Position numbers and translations under genes: made by a program
The notes under the pieces: generated by a model
What the model was told of the DNA's origin: nothing
What the model saw: only the letters and a program-made list of their open reading frames with translations
The model's database searches: none
Origin: Bacillota bacterium
GTDB taxonomy: Bacteria; Bacillota; Sulfobacillia; Sulfobacillales; Sulfobacillaceae
Length of the DNA: 64,000 bases
Direction of reading: 5' to 3'
Assembly (NCBI GenBank): GCA_021821465.1
Contig: JAKACM010000012.1
Coordinates: 2,069-66,068 of the forward strand
Shown: positions 10,326 through 21,103 of the stretch, in pieces
How positions within the stretch are numbered: the first letter of the stretch is position 1
Layout of the letters: every line of letters starts with the position of its first letter

Positions 10326-12246
10326 GAGCTTGTCCATTAATTTCTCAAAGAGTATGTCCCTGTGGATAACTTTGGCGAGGTGGTGCACTGGACAGGAGGT
10401 GAAAAATGGGACATTGCGGTAAAAATGACGAAATGGACGCCTTAAATCCGTTAAAGGGCAGATCTCTCCCGTTTAAGGAATTTGCTTGTTCGCACGCAGG
10501 TGCATCAGAGTCCAATATTTACCAGTCTCTTCGGCAAGGCGGGTTAATTTCCGGGCGATTTTGCGGATATTAAATGCCAGGATCAGTAACGTCCATTCAC
10601 CTGTCACCTTCTCCATCCCGCGCATACTAAATTGACGAAATCCCAGCGTCTCTTTAAGGATACCAATGGCCGGCTCCACAATGCCCTGGCGTTGGCGATA
10701 CACGGCATCCCCCTCGGGGCTGCGCACTTTGGCTTTCATTGCATGGCGGATGGCATCATCCGCGCCGCGCGTTAACTGTTTCGCCTTGTTCTTTGATACC
10801 AGACACTGATCCTTCAACGGGCACGCGCCACAAGTGGCGCGTTCTCCGCGATATACCGCGACTTGGCGTTTTTGACCACCTCCAACGGATTCCGTCCGAT
10901 CCCCGCGATAGGGCAGTTCCTGGTGGGCAGGACACTGATAGGTATTGGTCTCGGCATCATACACAAATTGACCTTTTCCAAACAGTTTATGCCCTTTCAC
11001 AGTGCGCCATTGATCAGATCCGGACGCAATGTAGGCGTCGACCTGCTGTTCGTTCGCAGCGGTCACATTATCCGCCGAGAAATACCCCGCATCTGCGGTA
11101 ACTTGAGCGAAAGTGCGTCCTGTCGTTGCCTCGACCGCCTCGAGTGCGGGCTCGAATTCCCGTACATCATGGGGATGCGCAGACAGTGCCGTGCCGACAA
11201 TCACGCCTTCTTGTGCATCCACCACGATTTGCGCATTATAGGCTTGTTGCACGCCTTGATTTTTCGTCACCATAATCGCAGACTCGGGATCCGTAAAGTT
11301 GATCGGGGCTTTCGCTTCGGGTTCTGGGTCATCGGGGTGGTCCAGGGACCACCGGGCTTCGAGATCGGCTTTGGCTTGCTGGATCCGGGCTAACCGCTCC
11401 TGAACACGCTCAACATGATCGGCTGGAAGTTCGGGGGCCGGGGGCACCGCGTCAGTCTCATCGGCGGCCCCATGGGCCGCCACCCAGTGAGCCAGTTCTT
11501 CCTCTAATTGAGGAATTACTTCCTTCATGCGTTGATACGACATGGCTTTGTGTTTCGACGCGTCTGAGTGAATTTTGGTCCCGTCAACGGCCCCCAACCG
11601 GAAACCTACCATCCCTAAATCCATACAGAGGCAAACAACTTGGGCCATCCACCCGGGTAGATCGGCGCTGTGTTGTTGCCGAAAGGCCGCAATGGTACTG
11701 TGTTTGGGCTGCGTAAGCCGTGACAACCAGAGGAAGGCGAGATCTTCCCGGCACGCTTCACTGATCCGCCTCGAGCTAAATCGTTGCGGGAGGTATCCAT
11801 AGAGGAGGAGTTTTAACAGGAGTTTGGGCGGATAAGCCGAAGCCCCCGGTCCCCGTGAGTGAAAGGCGGCTTCAGCCGTGCTTAAATCCCAGGCGTCGAC
11901 CGCCTCCGAAACCACGCGGGCCAAATGGCCCGGCGAAAGCCATTCATCCGGTCGCGGAGGCAATAATAAGGGTTGATCGGGATCCCATCCCGTCCGAAAT
12001 TTCATGGGCCATCTCCTGTCATGGTAGCGTCTTGCGTCCTCTAATCTGTCCACTCGGAACTCATAAGACAAGGATTCGCCATAGGTCACCAAAAATCCTT
12101 TGAGACGTAGCGGATTTTTAAAAATTTTTCTCAGGCGTCGTCCCCAGTCTTGTGCACGCCTGTGCCTGACATTTCGGACGCGTTGCCGCCTGATAGACTA
12201 GGCTGTGGATAACTATTCCACGACTGATCAATTTTTGGACAAGCTC
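10326..12246 (-). mobile_element. IS1182-family insertion sequence, apparently complete
   Basis: TIRs GAGCTTGTCCATTAATT (10326-10342) and revcomp GAGCTTGTCCAAAAATT (12230-12246), 15/17 match; CTAG on both sides (10322-10325, 12247-12250). Confidence 0.88.
10473..12005 (-). CDS. IS1182-family DDE transposase
   Basis: DQPLLLPP, AYPPKLLLKLLLYGY...SSRRI, VDGTKI, FTDPES, AYNAQ, ADAGY, VEP..G..K motifs. Confidence 0.93.
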   Translation of the reverse strand: MKFRTGWDPDQPLLLPPRPDEWLSPGHLARVVSEAVDAWDLSTAEAAFHSRGPGASAYPPKLLLKLLLYGYLPQRFSSRRISEACREDLAFLWLSRLTQPKHSTIAAFRQQHSADLPGWMAQVVCLCMDLGMVGFRLGAVDGTKIHSDASKHKAMSYQRMKEVIPQLEEELAHWVAAHGAADETDAVPPAPELPADHVERVQERLARIQQAKADLEARWSLDHPDDPEPEAKAPINFTDPESAIMVTKNQGVQQAYNAQIVVDAQEGVIVGTALSAHPHDVREFEPALEAVEATTGRTFAQVTADAGYFSADNVTAANEQQVDAYIASGSDQWRTVKGHKLFGKGQFVYDAETNTYQCPAHQELPYRGDRTESVGGGQKRQVAVYRGERATCGACPLKDQCLVSKNKAKQLTRGADDAIRHAMKAKVRSPEGDAVYRQRQGIVEPAIGILKETLGFRQFSMRGMEKVTGEWTLLILAFNIRKIARKLTRLAEETGKYWTLMHLRANKQIP

Positions 12247-12609
12247 CTAGGGCCATCTTTTCAGGAGAAAATCCGGAACCAAAGGGCGGCGTTTGAGTAG
12301 CAGCAGGATAAAGGAAATCGATCGTAATCGTCTTGAGACAATACATTATTGTATCCCCGCGGGTTCATGGGCCATCACATAGGCGGCCTGCGCCAACGCT
12401 TGCAGAGATTTGGTCCAATATTCCATCATGCCGTCTGTGTGGTAATCTTCGCCATAAAATCCCCGGCAGGCATTGTCCCAGCCAATAAGCGTATCGGAAC
12501 ACAAATTCTTAATAATATAATACCATAAGATGGCAGAAACATCGGACAATAACGTATATTTTGTAATGGCACAGATGCGCTCTGTTAAAAGTGTTAGGGG
12601 GAAAACGGG

Positions 12610-12956
12610 ATGTCCGTCAAAAAGATTCAACCGGGGCCCCGATACTGGTTGATCCCGGGTCTATTAACAGTGTCGTCATGGGGTTTTTCCTTACGCAATA
12701 GTGCCACACAAGTTTTGCAACCTACACCTCGGTTATGGCATTGCGGGGGAATAAGTCTCCTGGTCACCGTACTTGAGGTTGTATTTCTCCGTTGGACATG
12801 GACACGTCGTCCTGCTCTAGTTCACGGGGGGCTCATCAGCCGACGCGGCATGCTAAGAGTCCATGGCTCATGTTTGGATTGGCGGTAGGCGTCGCCATAG
12901 TCGGGATTGGAGTGCAGATATTTTTGGTATTAGCTAATCCGATCCCGATACTGTAA
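12610..12956 (+). pseudogene. Frameshifted small membrane protein
   Basis: 92-aa ORF with 2 TMs; another frame continues with a hydrophobic stretch WLMFGLAVGVAIVGIGVQIFLVL to a stop at 12956. Confidence 0.4.
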
Positions 12957-13366
12957 ATGGATAATCGCCGCTTCGCCGCTCGGACGACAGGCCGTTAGGT
13001 TTCGAATTGCCAAGAAGGTCCGCCATGGTTATAGAGTTGTCTAACAGCGTTAAGCCAGTTAAACCTAAAAATGAATCAACATGGGATATGGTAGTCCTGA
13101 AAAGGAACTACTTGTGGCACGGTTATTTCCCCAATTGGCAGGGTACGGGGTTAACCCATCAGGTAGAGAGCATCGGGGTAGAGGTGAATTATGGAGTAGG
13201 TGTAAGGTCTGTTTTTTTCTATAGTCGCTGTCTGCCACCTTACGGTAATCTCAAGGAACATTAGCAGCAAAATGATGGTGGTCGAGAAATCGCGGATGCC
13301 TCGGAATGACAAGAATCGGCGACAAGTCAATGATGCTGACATCTTATGTCTTCACCAAGATTGGTG

Positions 13367-13885
13367 TCATTTGCGTTGGTACTGCAGTTCAACAAATTGA
13401 TTATACTGGGTAACTTTCACCAAATCGAGTGCCATTTCATAAGGACCTGGGTTAAACAATCGTATGCCTTGTCCGATAATTACCGGTGCAATCTGAATGA
13501 TCAAATCATCGACCAAGTTTTCACGAAGTAATGGGCTAAGTACCTCGCCCCCACCCACAATCCAAATGCCCTTTCCGGGTTTCTTCTTGAGTGAGGCGGT
13601 CAAGGTGACAATGTCTTGATTCACAAATTGGACGTTCGCCGTCTGCCCTTTCAACGTTCGAGAAAAGACGTAACAGTTCTTGCCTTGGTAGGGGAATTCG
13701 GAGTGCACATTTCTTAAAATCCACTGGTAGGTTCTTCGACCTAACAAAATAGTGTCAATCGTGTCATAAAAAGCTGTGTATCCGTTGTCATCGGCCCTTT
13801 GGTTTAACAGCCAGTCGAGTGACTCATTTTGCCGTGCAATGTAACCATCCAAACTCGTGGCAATGTAGAGCGAGAGCTTTCTCAT
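13367..13885 (-). CDS. Dihydrofolate reductase-like (RibD C-terminal domain) protein
   Basis: YIATSLDGYIA, LGRRTY, IWIVGGG, PVIIGQGIRLF. Confidence 0.9.
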   Translation of the reverse strand: MRKLSLYIATSLDGYIARQNESLDWLLNQRADDNGYTAFYDTIDTILLGRRTYQWILRNVHSEFPYQGKNCYVFSRTLKGQTANVQFVNQDIVTLTASLKKKPGKGIWIVGGGEVLSPLLRENLVDDLIIQIAPVIIGQGIRLFNPGPYEMALDLVKVTQYNQFVELQYQRK

Positions 13886-14141
13886 TGTGAGCCTCCCATG
13901 ATCTTTGATCTTCCTTTGGATAAACCTCAAGCCCATTGTATGTGAAACAGTATAAATCTGATTGGTATACAGGCGGGCCGGATCCATAACGGTTTTCTCC
14001 GGCCCGCAATATATTTGTTGTCGGCCGCAAAATTCGGCCCTCTAATTTGCTCGATTGAGGAAGTATAGGCCTAGATCCTCAATTTTGGTCTCTTAGTGTC
14101 CGAATCGAACTTTTTGTTCTTGGCCGAGACATTTGAATGGG

Positions 14142-15344
14142 TCAAGTTTGTTCACGTTGCGTTTTTCTCGGCTTGCCCCGGTAGCGTTCTGCACTCGCAA
14201 ATCCGAGGGCCATGACACATAAACCCAAGGTCAATAGTCCATAGGCTATCTGCACATGATGTGCACCCATAGCCCATCCCATCAGCGGAAACAAGAAGAT
14301 CATGCCGAGACTGAAGCCGGTTCCGGGAATGGAGAGAATCGTGGCTCGCAGTGCGTCCGGGGTAAGCCGATTTAAGGCGGATTCGTAGAGGGGATCCAAC
14401 GTCCCATCGACCTCGGCGGCACTCACATAGCCGACCGATGCCTCTTTTAAGGGCAACAATCCGACTGTCCCCACGGCAACACCAAGGATTAGTGTACCCC
14501 AAGAGAGTACCCTTGTTTCTCGACCGGAACCGATCCTGCCCCCAACCCAACTTCCTAAGGCGGTGGCGATGCCAGCCAGAGCCACTAAAAGAGAAACGCT
14601 TTCCAATGATGCACCTTTGAGCGCCAAAGTGGATTGCGCGTATAAGTTATTGATGGTGACCATCGTGGCCAGAAGGGAGCCCAGGAGCACCCAAAGAGAG
14701 AGGCCCGGCAGTTTTTGGACTGTTCCGAGTGCACGACTAAGGTCTTGGGCCATGTGTCGGATCGAGGGTACTGTATCGCCTGAAAGGGAGCGATTCTCCG
14801 GCAGTGCTTTGATTGCCAAAAGTCCCAACAATGAACTGAGAACCGTCGCTCCGTATGGCATATACCACCCTCGGTGTGCTACCATCCATCCTCCCATGGC
14901 AGTGGCCAATGCCCGTGTTATCAGGTTGACGGCCAATATCGAGCCGTAGACCCTGCCAAATGTCGAGCTGTCTCCATCATCGACAATTGAGAACAACAGT
15001 GCGCGGTCGGCACCATCAATAAAGGACCATGCCAGCGCACCTAGAGAGATGCTAATGAATCCCAGTATGAAGCTTGTCGGCGCCCATAATAATGTGGATG
15101 TTGTCGTCAGGGCTTGGACAGCAAGTCCAACCCCCAAGCTTTTACGTCGTCCCCAGCGATCCGCGAAAAGACCTGTCGGCATACCGAAGAGAAATGAAAC
15201 GAGGTGAAAGCCCGCTTCACCCAGGCCCACTTGAAAGAGTGTCCAATGGCAGTGCAGCAGATACAGAATCCATAGGCCACCGGTGGGGTTGAAAGCCCAT
15301 AAAATGGTAAAAAGGTAAAAAGCCTTCAAGGCGCTGGTGCGCAT
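14142..15344 (-). CDS. MFS transporter
   Basis: PTGLFADRWGRRKS motif A, ~12 TMs, AAGGAGG RBS. Confidence 0.88.
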   Translation of the reverse strand: MRTSALKAFYLFTILWAFNPTGGLWILYLLHCHWTLFQVGLGEAGFHLVSFLFGMPTGLFADRWGRRKSLGVGLAVQALTTTSTLLWAPTSFILGFISISLGALAWSFIDGADRALLFSIVDDGDSSTFGRVYGSILAVNLITRALATAMGGWMVAHRGWYMPYGATVLSSLLGLLAIKALPENRSLSGDTVPSIRHMAQDLSRALGTVQKLPGLSLWVLLGSLLATMVTINNLYAQSTLALKGASLESVSLLVALAGIATALGSWVGGRIGSGRETRVLSWGTLILGVAVGTVGLLPLKEASVGYVSAAEVDGTLDPLYESALNRLTPDALRATILSIPGTGFSLGMIFLFPLMGWAMGAHHVQIAYGLLTLGLCVMALGFASAERYRGKPRKTQREQT

Positions 15345-15367
15345 GAGACAAAAACCTCCTTTGGCAA

Positions 15368-15564
15368 TAAAAAACTCGGGTGAGCACCCGAGCGCCAAAG
15401 GATGTGTGGTTTCGCTAGGTTAAACGGCGAATAACAAACCCTTGTGCGTTCGAAATGCCCAATCGGCCAAAAGGGCAAACTCCGCCCTTGGAAGCCGTTG
15501 GGGCATGTCCTTGGTTATATGGAAGACTCCAGTCGCCCATTACCAGCACAAGGTAGACCTCCTT
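15368..15564 (-). promoter_or_regulatory. Leader-peptide transcription attenuator upstream of MFS
   Basis: AAGGAGG RBS (15558-15564), leader ORF 15549-15415, hairpin CTCGGGT-gctc-ACCCGAG plus T-tract immediately before the MFS RBS. Confidence 0.65.
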
Positions 15565-15966
15565 TGTAAAAGTATGCCAAAGCTATCATGTTCTGCATGA
15601 GCTGTCAAGTCGAATATCGCCGAACGGTCCGTTCTTTCTCTATTATCGGTTTACGTCCTCGTTGGCGTCAGCAGTTGCCTAAAACCGTTTACAAATATAG
15701 ACAACCGTTGTGTGACGACAAGGAGATTAATCGCAGGAAAACTGAGTTTTTTCGAAGGAAATGTTGTCCTCTCTGGTGTATTCTTACTTTTAAGGTCCCA
15801 TGTTAGGCAACATTGTCCATAGCGAGAATTGATACGATCTTGGTGAGACAGCTGTGGGCGAGGCGAAAGTTGTCCACCATTCATTCATGCCGACTCCAGC
15901 GGCGGTTGAGTTGAATACCGGACAAGTCGCAGTTAGTGTCACAGGCACGGAATATAGGGAGGTAAC

Positions 15967-16353
15967 GTGAAACAAGAGTACATGGGAGTTGTCGTCGATC
16001 GATCCCTTAAAACCGACAGCGACTTCAACGCTCTTAATGTGATTGGCCACCGACAGGTAGGATCATGGAGACTCATGCTCGTATCTGTGGCTGATGAGAA
16101 ATTCGTTGCCTTGGCGGAGAAGCTTCAGAACAGTATGATTAACATCCAAGACGGTTGCTGGTATGCGCATTTTTTTCGAGGCGTTGAGTTGGTGGTTGTC
16201 TATCAAGATCGGGTCTTTATGGCTACGGTGGACCCGTCCACGTGGGCGGAGGCGGTCCACTATGGATTCGACCATGGGATTCCTTCGGAGCAACTGGATT
16301 TCCATCCGCGAACGGTCAAGGATGCTTTATCATATTTTGGTGTGATAGATTAG
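15967..16353 (+). CDS. Hypothetical protein
   Basis: GGGAGG RBS, 128 aa, WYAHFF...YG..HGIP.EQLDF pattern. Confidence 0.65.
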   Translation: MKQEYMGVVVDRSLKTDSDFNALNVIGHRQVGSWRLMLVSVADEKFVALAEKLQNSMINIQDGCWYAHFFRGVELVVVYQDRVFMATVDPSTWAEAVHYGFDHGIPSEQLDFHPRTVKDALSYFGVID

Positions 16354-16642
16354 GAGCAATATATCCTCGTTACGGGACTAACGGGCAAGATCATCGCGCC
16401 AGAAAGGGCATTGAATGGGTAAAAGCGGCTATTAATCAGCTCTTCCATGGCTCATAAAGTGATTGTTTTGCGGACAGACGACTCACTTGAACCTCCCCAA
16501 CCTTTTTTGGGGGTGCAGTACGGCATTGACGCAGGCGATGATTGCACAAGGATTTCTTTGTGGGGCTGTCGCATCGCCCACGAAAATTAAATCCGTAAAA
16601 TAAGATCTTAAGGTGAGACCTTCATGGTTCTCCCCTATGCCT

Positions 16643-18808
16643 TTACTCCTCTTCCTGATATCGCTCAGCACTGAGATTCCCATCCCTGGTGTCACAAGAG
16701 GACTTTTGGGGAATGCGCCAGGGCCAATAGGCATGACGTCCCAAAACCGAAATCGCTGCCGGAACCAAAAATGAGCGAACAATCCAGGTGTCCACTAAAA
16801 TCGCAAAACTCAGTCCGATGGCCAGTGTTTTCATTACCTGCAGAGGACTGATTAAAAGGGACAGGAAAACTACCACCATGACCATCCCTGCCCCTGTGAT
16901 CATGGAACCCGTTGTTGCCACACCATGGGCTGCGGCCAGACGCACCGTTTCTCCTTCTGCTAAAGGTTCTTGGATCCGGTGCAGTAATATGACTTCATAG
17001 TCCATGGACAGGCCAAACAGCAAAACAAAGATGAGAGGGGTGATGGAACTGTCCAAAGGCTGGGCTTCAAAGCCCCATTGCCCATGCTGAACTACCAACA
17101 CCAAAAGCCCTGCGGTGGCTAATGCCACTAAGGCGTCAAAAATCACTCCCAAAAAAGCTTGAATGACGGAAGAGGTGGCAATAGCCAAAACAATGAAAGC
17201 TACCGCCAAGGCTGATGCGATAATAATGGGCAAGCGGTGCTGAGTTAAAATGTTGAAACTGCGCAATATCGGTACCTGCCCGCCTACTGCCGCCTTCGAA
17301 CCCTTGGGAAGCCAGAGCGGCAGGTTTTGATCGATACGATGGACTAAATTGGATGTTGCCGGATTATCCGGCCCTGTTTTAGCGGTGACATATAGCACCA
17401 CCAGATGCGTGTCGGACGGGGTCATGAAATTGCTGATACCGGTCCTTAGAGCTGTCGGAAACCTTTGGGGCCGCTTGATCAGTGCGGCGAGTTGCTGCGA
17501 TTTTAGCCCCAGGCTTGTGGTAGGAGAGGCCACTTTTTTCACATTGGGCAGTGCGCTTAACTTTTTGGTCACCGAAAATATCCGATTCCAACCGGCATTC
17601 GAAGTCAGAGACGGGGAAAGATGGATCGCGACGGCTAAAGGCGTAATGCTGCCCGCCCCCTGGATTTTCTGCTCCCGGATGACAGCTTGCCGGATAGAAC
17701 TGTTAAGAGGAAGCATAGTGGCCAGATTCGCCGGAGTTTTCATGTTAATTTGGGCTCCAAAAAATGCCAAGGGCATTAAAACCCCGAGACCGATGATAAT
17801 AGCGACCCAAGCCCTTTGTGTCACCCATTGGCTTAGCCGACGCCAAAATCCCATATTTGGCATCCGTTTAAGACGTCCCCAGTCTATATGACGGCCCATC
17901 AAGCCCATAATGGCCGGAAGCAAGGAATGCGTAGCCAATAACACCGAGGCAATGGCAATCGACCCGCCTAGGGCGAGTCCCCGCCAATAGGCATCACCGC
18001 CGATTAATAATGCGGCCACTGCCAGGGCTACGGCAATGCCGGAATAGAGCACCGATCGCCCCGCATGGCGCATACTTTCGACCACGGCTCTCTCGACACT
18101 TTCACCGCGAGATAAGGCCTGGCGAAATCGGTTGCTGATAAAGAGCGCATAATCGATGCCGACTCCTAAGGCCAGAAAGGTGGCGATATTGGTTAAGAAA
18201 ACCGAAAGCTGAATGTGGGTTTCAATAATAGAGATAATAGCTAAAGCCAATTCCGATCCGGTTATGGCGATGATTAACGGAAGAAGTATGGCTGCAATCG
18301 AGCCGTAAATGAAAAACAATAAGATGGCCAATACAGGCAAGGCCATGAGTCCGCTGATAGCCAAAGTTTTTGAACTGTCTTGGGATACCCGATTACCGAT
18401 TGTGCCTTGAGTTACGTCTTGCCATTGTCCGTGACTAAGGTGGATGTTTCGAATTAAACCGGTCTCTTGAGCCATTTGAGTTCCCGCCAAGGGCAAATAG
18501 AGAATACGACCGGAGGACATACGGTGAAAGCTTTTCGTCGGAATATGCTCACTGTGTGCCAAGCTCTGAACTTTTGCAAAAGACAAATGATCAATCAAAA
18601 TTGGAATGGGCGTGGGAGGTGGATGGAGCCGAGCGGCTTGGTTGGTGGCCCATGTGGCTTGGCTCTCGGGACGGCCAAACCCTGCGGGGGTTAAATGTTT
18701 GGTGACAGTGAGAGCCCAGGGCAGTGTGGCGGCGAATAATAACAACCAAGCGAAAATGACAAAGATCTTGCGCTTGGTCAAAAAAGCCGTCCACCTCTCA
18801 AAGCCCAT
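16643..18808 (-). CDS. MMPL/RND-family transporter
   Basis: Two TM repeats with GVGIDYALFISNRFRQ and FGLSMDYEVILLHRIQE motifs. Confidence 0.92.
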   Translation of the reverse strand: MGFERWTAFLTKRKIFVIFAWLLLFAATLPWALTVTKHLTPAGFGRPESQATWATNQAARLHPPPTPIPILIDHLSFAKVQSLAHSEHIPTKSFHRMSSGRILYLPLAGTQMAQETGLIRNIHLSHGQWQDVTQGTIGNRVSQDSSKTLAISGLMALPVLAILLFFIYGSIAAILLPLIIAITGSELALAIISIIETHIQLSVFLTNIATFLALGVGIDYALFISNRFRQALSRGESVERAVVESMRHAGRSVLYSGIAVALAVAALLIGGDAYWRGLALGGSIAIASVLLATHSLLPAIMGLMGRHIDWGRLKRMPNMGFWRRLSQWVTQRAWVAIIIGLGVLMPLAFFGAQINMKTPANLATMLPLNSSIRQAVIREQKIQGAGSITPLAVAIHLSPSLTSNAGWNRIFSVTKKLSALPNVKKVASPTTSLGLKSQQLAALIKRPQRFPTALRTGISNFMTPSDTHLVVLYVTAKTGPDNPATSNLVHRIDQNLPLWLPKGSKAAVGGQVPILRSFNILTQHRLPIIIASALAVAFIVLAIATSSVIQAFLGVIFDALVALATAGLLVLVVQHGQWGFEAQPLDSSITPLIFVLLFGLSMDYEVILLHRIQEPLAEGETVRLAAAHGVATTGSMITGAGMVMVVVFLSLLISPLQVMKTLAIGLSFAILVDTWIVRSFLVPAAISVLGRHAYWPWRIPQKSSCDTRDGNLSAERYQEEE

Positions 18809-19138
18809 GTCTTTCACTCCAAGCCCACAGAAATCCTCTATGTGCTCATATGGTATCACACTTACGTTCATGATTGTAATGACTGCCCAGAGCCATTGGG
18901 GAACTTGCACAAGGTGCAACACCATAAAATCCGCGGATTCTTCATTTCGGGTCCCTTATAAGGATGCACAAATGGTCCATCATTGGTTACACTACAAAAG
19001 TGCTGGCTTCTTTTGGGTGGCCATCTGTCGGTGGTGCCGGAATGAAGAATGTTACGTCGTCCGAGAAGTTCGGGACCAGACACACAATCTGCGATTATAA
19101 TCGCAAATCGAAAATTCTTAACCAAGGAGGATGACTAG

Positions 19139-19675
19139 ATGGCTCTTGTTGGATCTCCTGCTCCATTTTTTGAGATGCCCGCGATTATGCCCACTGGTGA
19201 AACAGAAAAGGTTCGCCTCGACACCTACCGAGGCCAATGGCTGGTTCTTTTCTTTTATCCCCACGACTTTACCTTTGTTTGTCCCACCGAAATTACCGGA
19301 CTCTCCAAGGCTTATGACCAGTTTCGAGAACTGGACGCGGAAATTTTAGGTGTATCCACAGACAGTCCCTATGTACATAAGGCGTGGATGGCTCAAAGTC
19401 CGGATCAAGGAGGCATTGGCCGGATTCGCTATGCCCTGGCCAGCGATTGGACTCAGGACATTGCGCGTCGGTATCAGGTCTATGTGGAAGGAGAAGGGGC
19501 GGCATACCGTGGATTATTCATTATCAACCCCGATGGCTACGTAGAATACGAGGTCGTGCATAATTTGAACGTAGGCCGTTCGGTTGATGAAACGCTTCGG
19601 GTTTTGCAGGCTATTCAGGGGGGAGGACTATGTCCTGTAGACTGGACACCCGGTAAACCGACGCTCAATATGTAA
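19139..19675 (+). CDS. ahpC: 2-Cys peroxiredoxin (AhpC/TSA)
   Basis: FYPHDFTFVCPTE, GRSVDETLR, LCPVDW. Confidence 0.93.
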   Translation: MALVGSPAPFFEMPAIMPTGETEKVRLDTYRGQWLVLFFYPHDFTFVCPTEITGLSKAYDQFRELDAEILGVSTDSPYVHKAWMAQSPDQGGIGRIRYALASDWTQDIARRYQVYVEGEGAAYRGLFIINPDGYVEYEVVHNLNVGRSVDETLRVLQAIQGGGLCPVDWTPGKPTLNM

Positions 19676-19717
19676 ATCGGTCCCGATTTTCCCAACTTCT
19701 TACGGTTTTGGATTCAC

Positions 19718-19759
19718 AAGCCTGTATTGTCGATCGTGCGTGGGCAATACAGGCTTTTT
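19718..19759 (+). terminator. Intrinsic terminator after peroxiredoxin
   Basis: AAGCCTGTATTG...CAATACAGGCTT followed by T-run. Confidence 0.7.
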
Positions 19760-19861
19760 CTGTGAGGCATCCCCTTCCCATCTGTTTTGGCACTGGAGTG
19801 GTCAATAACCTTGGGTATTGGTGTTTGAGACAAAAAATCCTGCAGGTCATGCTATTTGCCT

Positions 19862-20160
19862 AAATACTTGAGCAAACCGCTCCACAAAAATATTCCCCGC
19901 CTTCACGGCAAAAGGTCGTAAAATGGCGAGCAAAGGAGATTCGTCCACGAAGAGGAGGTCTAAGAGACCTTAATGGAGTGGCAACAACGGTGTCGTACCC
20001 TGGCAAACTGTCAGACATTCTTGAGTCGCAGCGGGTGGCCCGATAGGTTTGTCTGTGCTGCTTGCAGGAATCGGGCCGTGTGGACTATTTAACTTGGAGG
20101 CTGGAAATTCAGCCGTGCTCTTATCCTCCGTGAGCCATGTTCGATGCTGTCGGCATCATA
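19862..20160 (+). mobile_element. IS1595-family relic (5' part)
   Basis: GACCTTAATGGAGTGGCAACAACGG...GGTGGCCCGA closely matches the reverse complement of ~29610-29700; end motif AAATACTTGAGCAAA. Confidence 0.65.
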
Positions 20161-20203
20161 GCGTTGGCGTTTATGGGCAAAAATCTACATCACGCCTGTC
20201 AGC

Positions 20204-21103
20204 TTATTTGTGAAAAGCCTCCCTTGTGTAAGGAGGTCCATTTCTTGGCGTGCGTACATTCGTGCTGTCCACGTGTTCGACGAACTGAATTTCCATCTTC
20301 CAATAGGAAGGAAGCGAGGCGTAGGGGTTGGGTTCATCTTCATTGGTCACGTATACCCAACCTGCATGTTCAAAGACCGTCAATTTTTTGAGAAATACCA
20401 AGAGTTGAGATCGTTTTGCGCCGTGTACTATCACCGCAAAGCGACGACGTGGATACTTGTGTGCCCATGCGGGGATAGTATTGAACTTCATCTCTCGCAT
20501 GGAATAGGGTGCACCATTTTCGCTGATGAGAATGATATTGGAGGTATTGCGACCATTTCGCTCAAGATATTGTTGAGGAACCCAGGTTCCGGGATTTTCA
20601 ATGACCAATGCATTTTTTCGGAGACTTTTTGTATATCGGTACAAGGCTTCATAATACTTATAACTGGAAGTAGAAGGTGATGCGGAAGACCCATCCAGAA
20701 AAATTCCCGAGATATCTGGGTACCAGCGCATGTAATCGCGAATCTGTCTCTCAACAGTCGTGATGGGAACACTGTTATACCCCGTCCATACATCTCCCAC
20801 GGTCTTGACGCCGGCATCTTGAAAAGCGTGTGTAGTCCGGTTCCAGTAAAGGATGGGTCCGGTCGCCGATGCGAGGTTGATCACCGCGATCGTTGGTACC
20901 CCCGCCTCGGATATCTTAATGAGAGACGTAATCGAACCATACCAATACACTGGAACAATGAGACCGAGTGTTCCCTGTTTCCAAACAATAGCGCGGCGTG
21001 TAATTCTAGGGGGGCGAGAATAAATGAAAACCGCCAACAGACCGAATATTGTCAATAGCACAATCCCTAGAGAAAGAGGATTCATTCTGAGATGCATTTT
21101 CAT
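20204..21103 (-). CDS. Spherulation-specific family 4 (GH135/Sph3-like) glycoside hydrolase, membrane-anchored
   Basis: N-terminal TM; IVPVY, AVIN...GP, GIFLD, IENPG, AGWVYVT....PNPYASLPSYW. Confidence 0.85.
   Translation of the reverse strand: MKMHLRMNPLSLGIVLLTIFGLLAVFIYSRPPRITRRAIVWKQGTLGLIVPVYWYGSITSLIKISEAGVPTIAVINLASATGPILYWNRTTHAFQDAGVKTVGDVWTGYNSVPITTVERQIRDYMRWYPDISGIFLDGSSASPSTSSYKYYEALYRYTKSLRKNALVIENPGTWVPQQYLERNGRNTSNIILISENGAPYSMREMKFNTIPAWAHKYPRRRFAVIVHGAKRSQLLVFLKKLTVFEHAGWVYVTNEDEPNPYASLPSYWKMEIQFVEHVDSTNVRTPRNGPPYTREAFHK

Noticed and set aside
10383-12160. GTGCAC-containing motifs as IS1182 ends
   Set aside because: Poor match; much better TIRs with CTAG flanks lie at 10326 and 12246
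15360-15570. Cobalamin, T-box or other metabolite riboswitch
   Set aside because: No recognisable conserved motifs; RBS plus leader ORF plus terminator explains the region better
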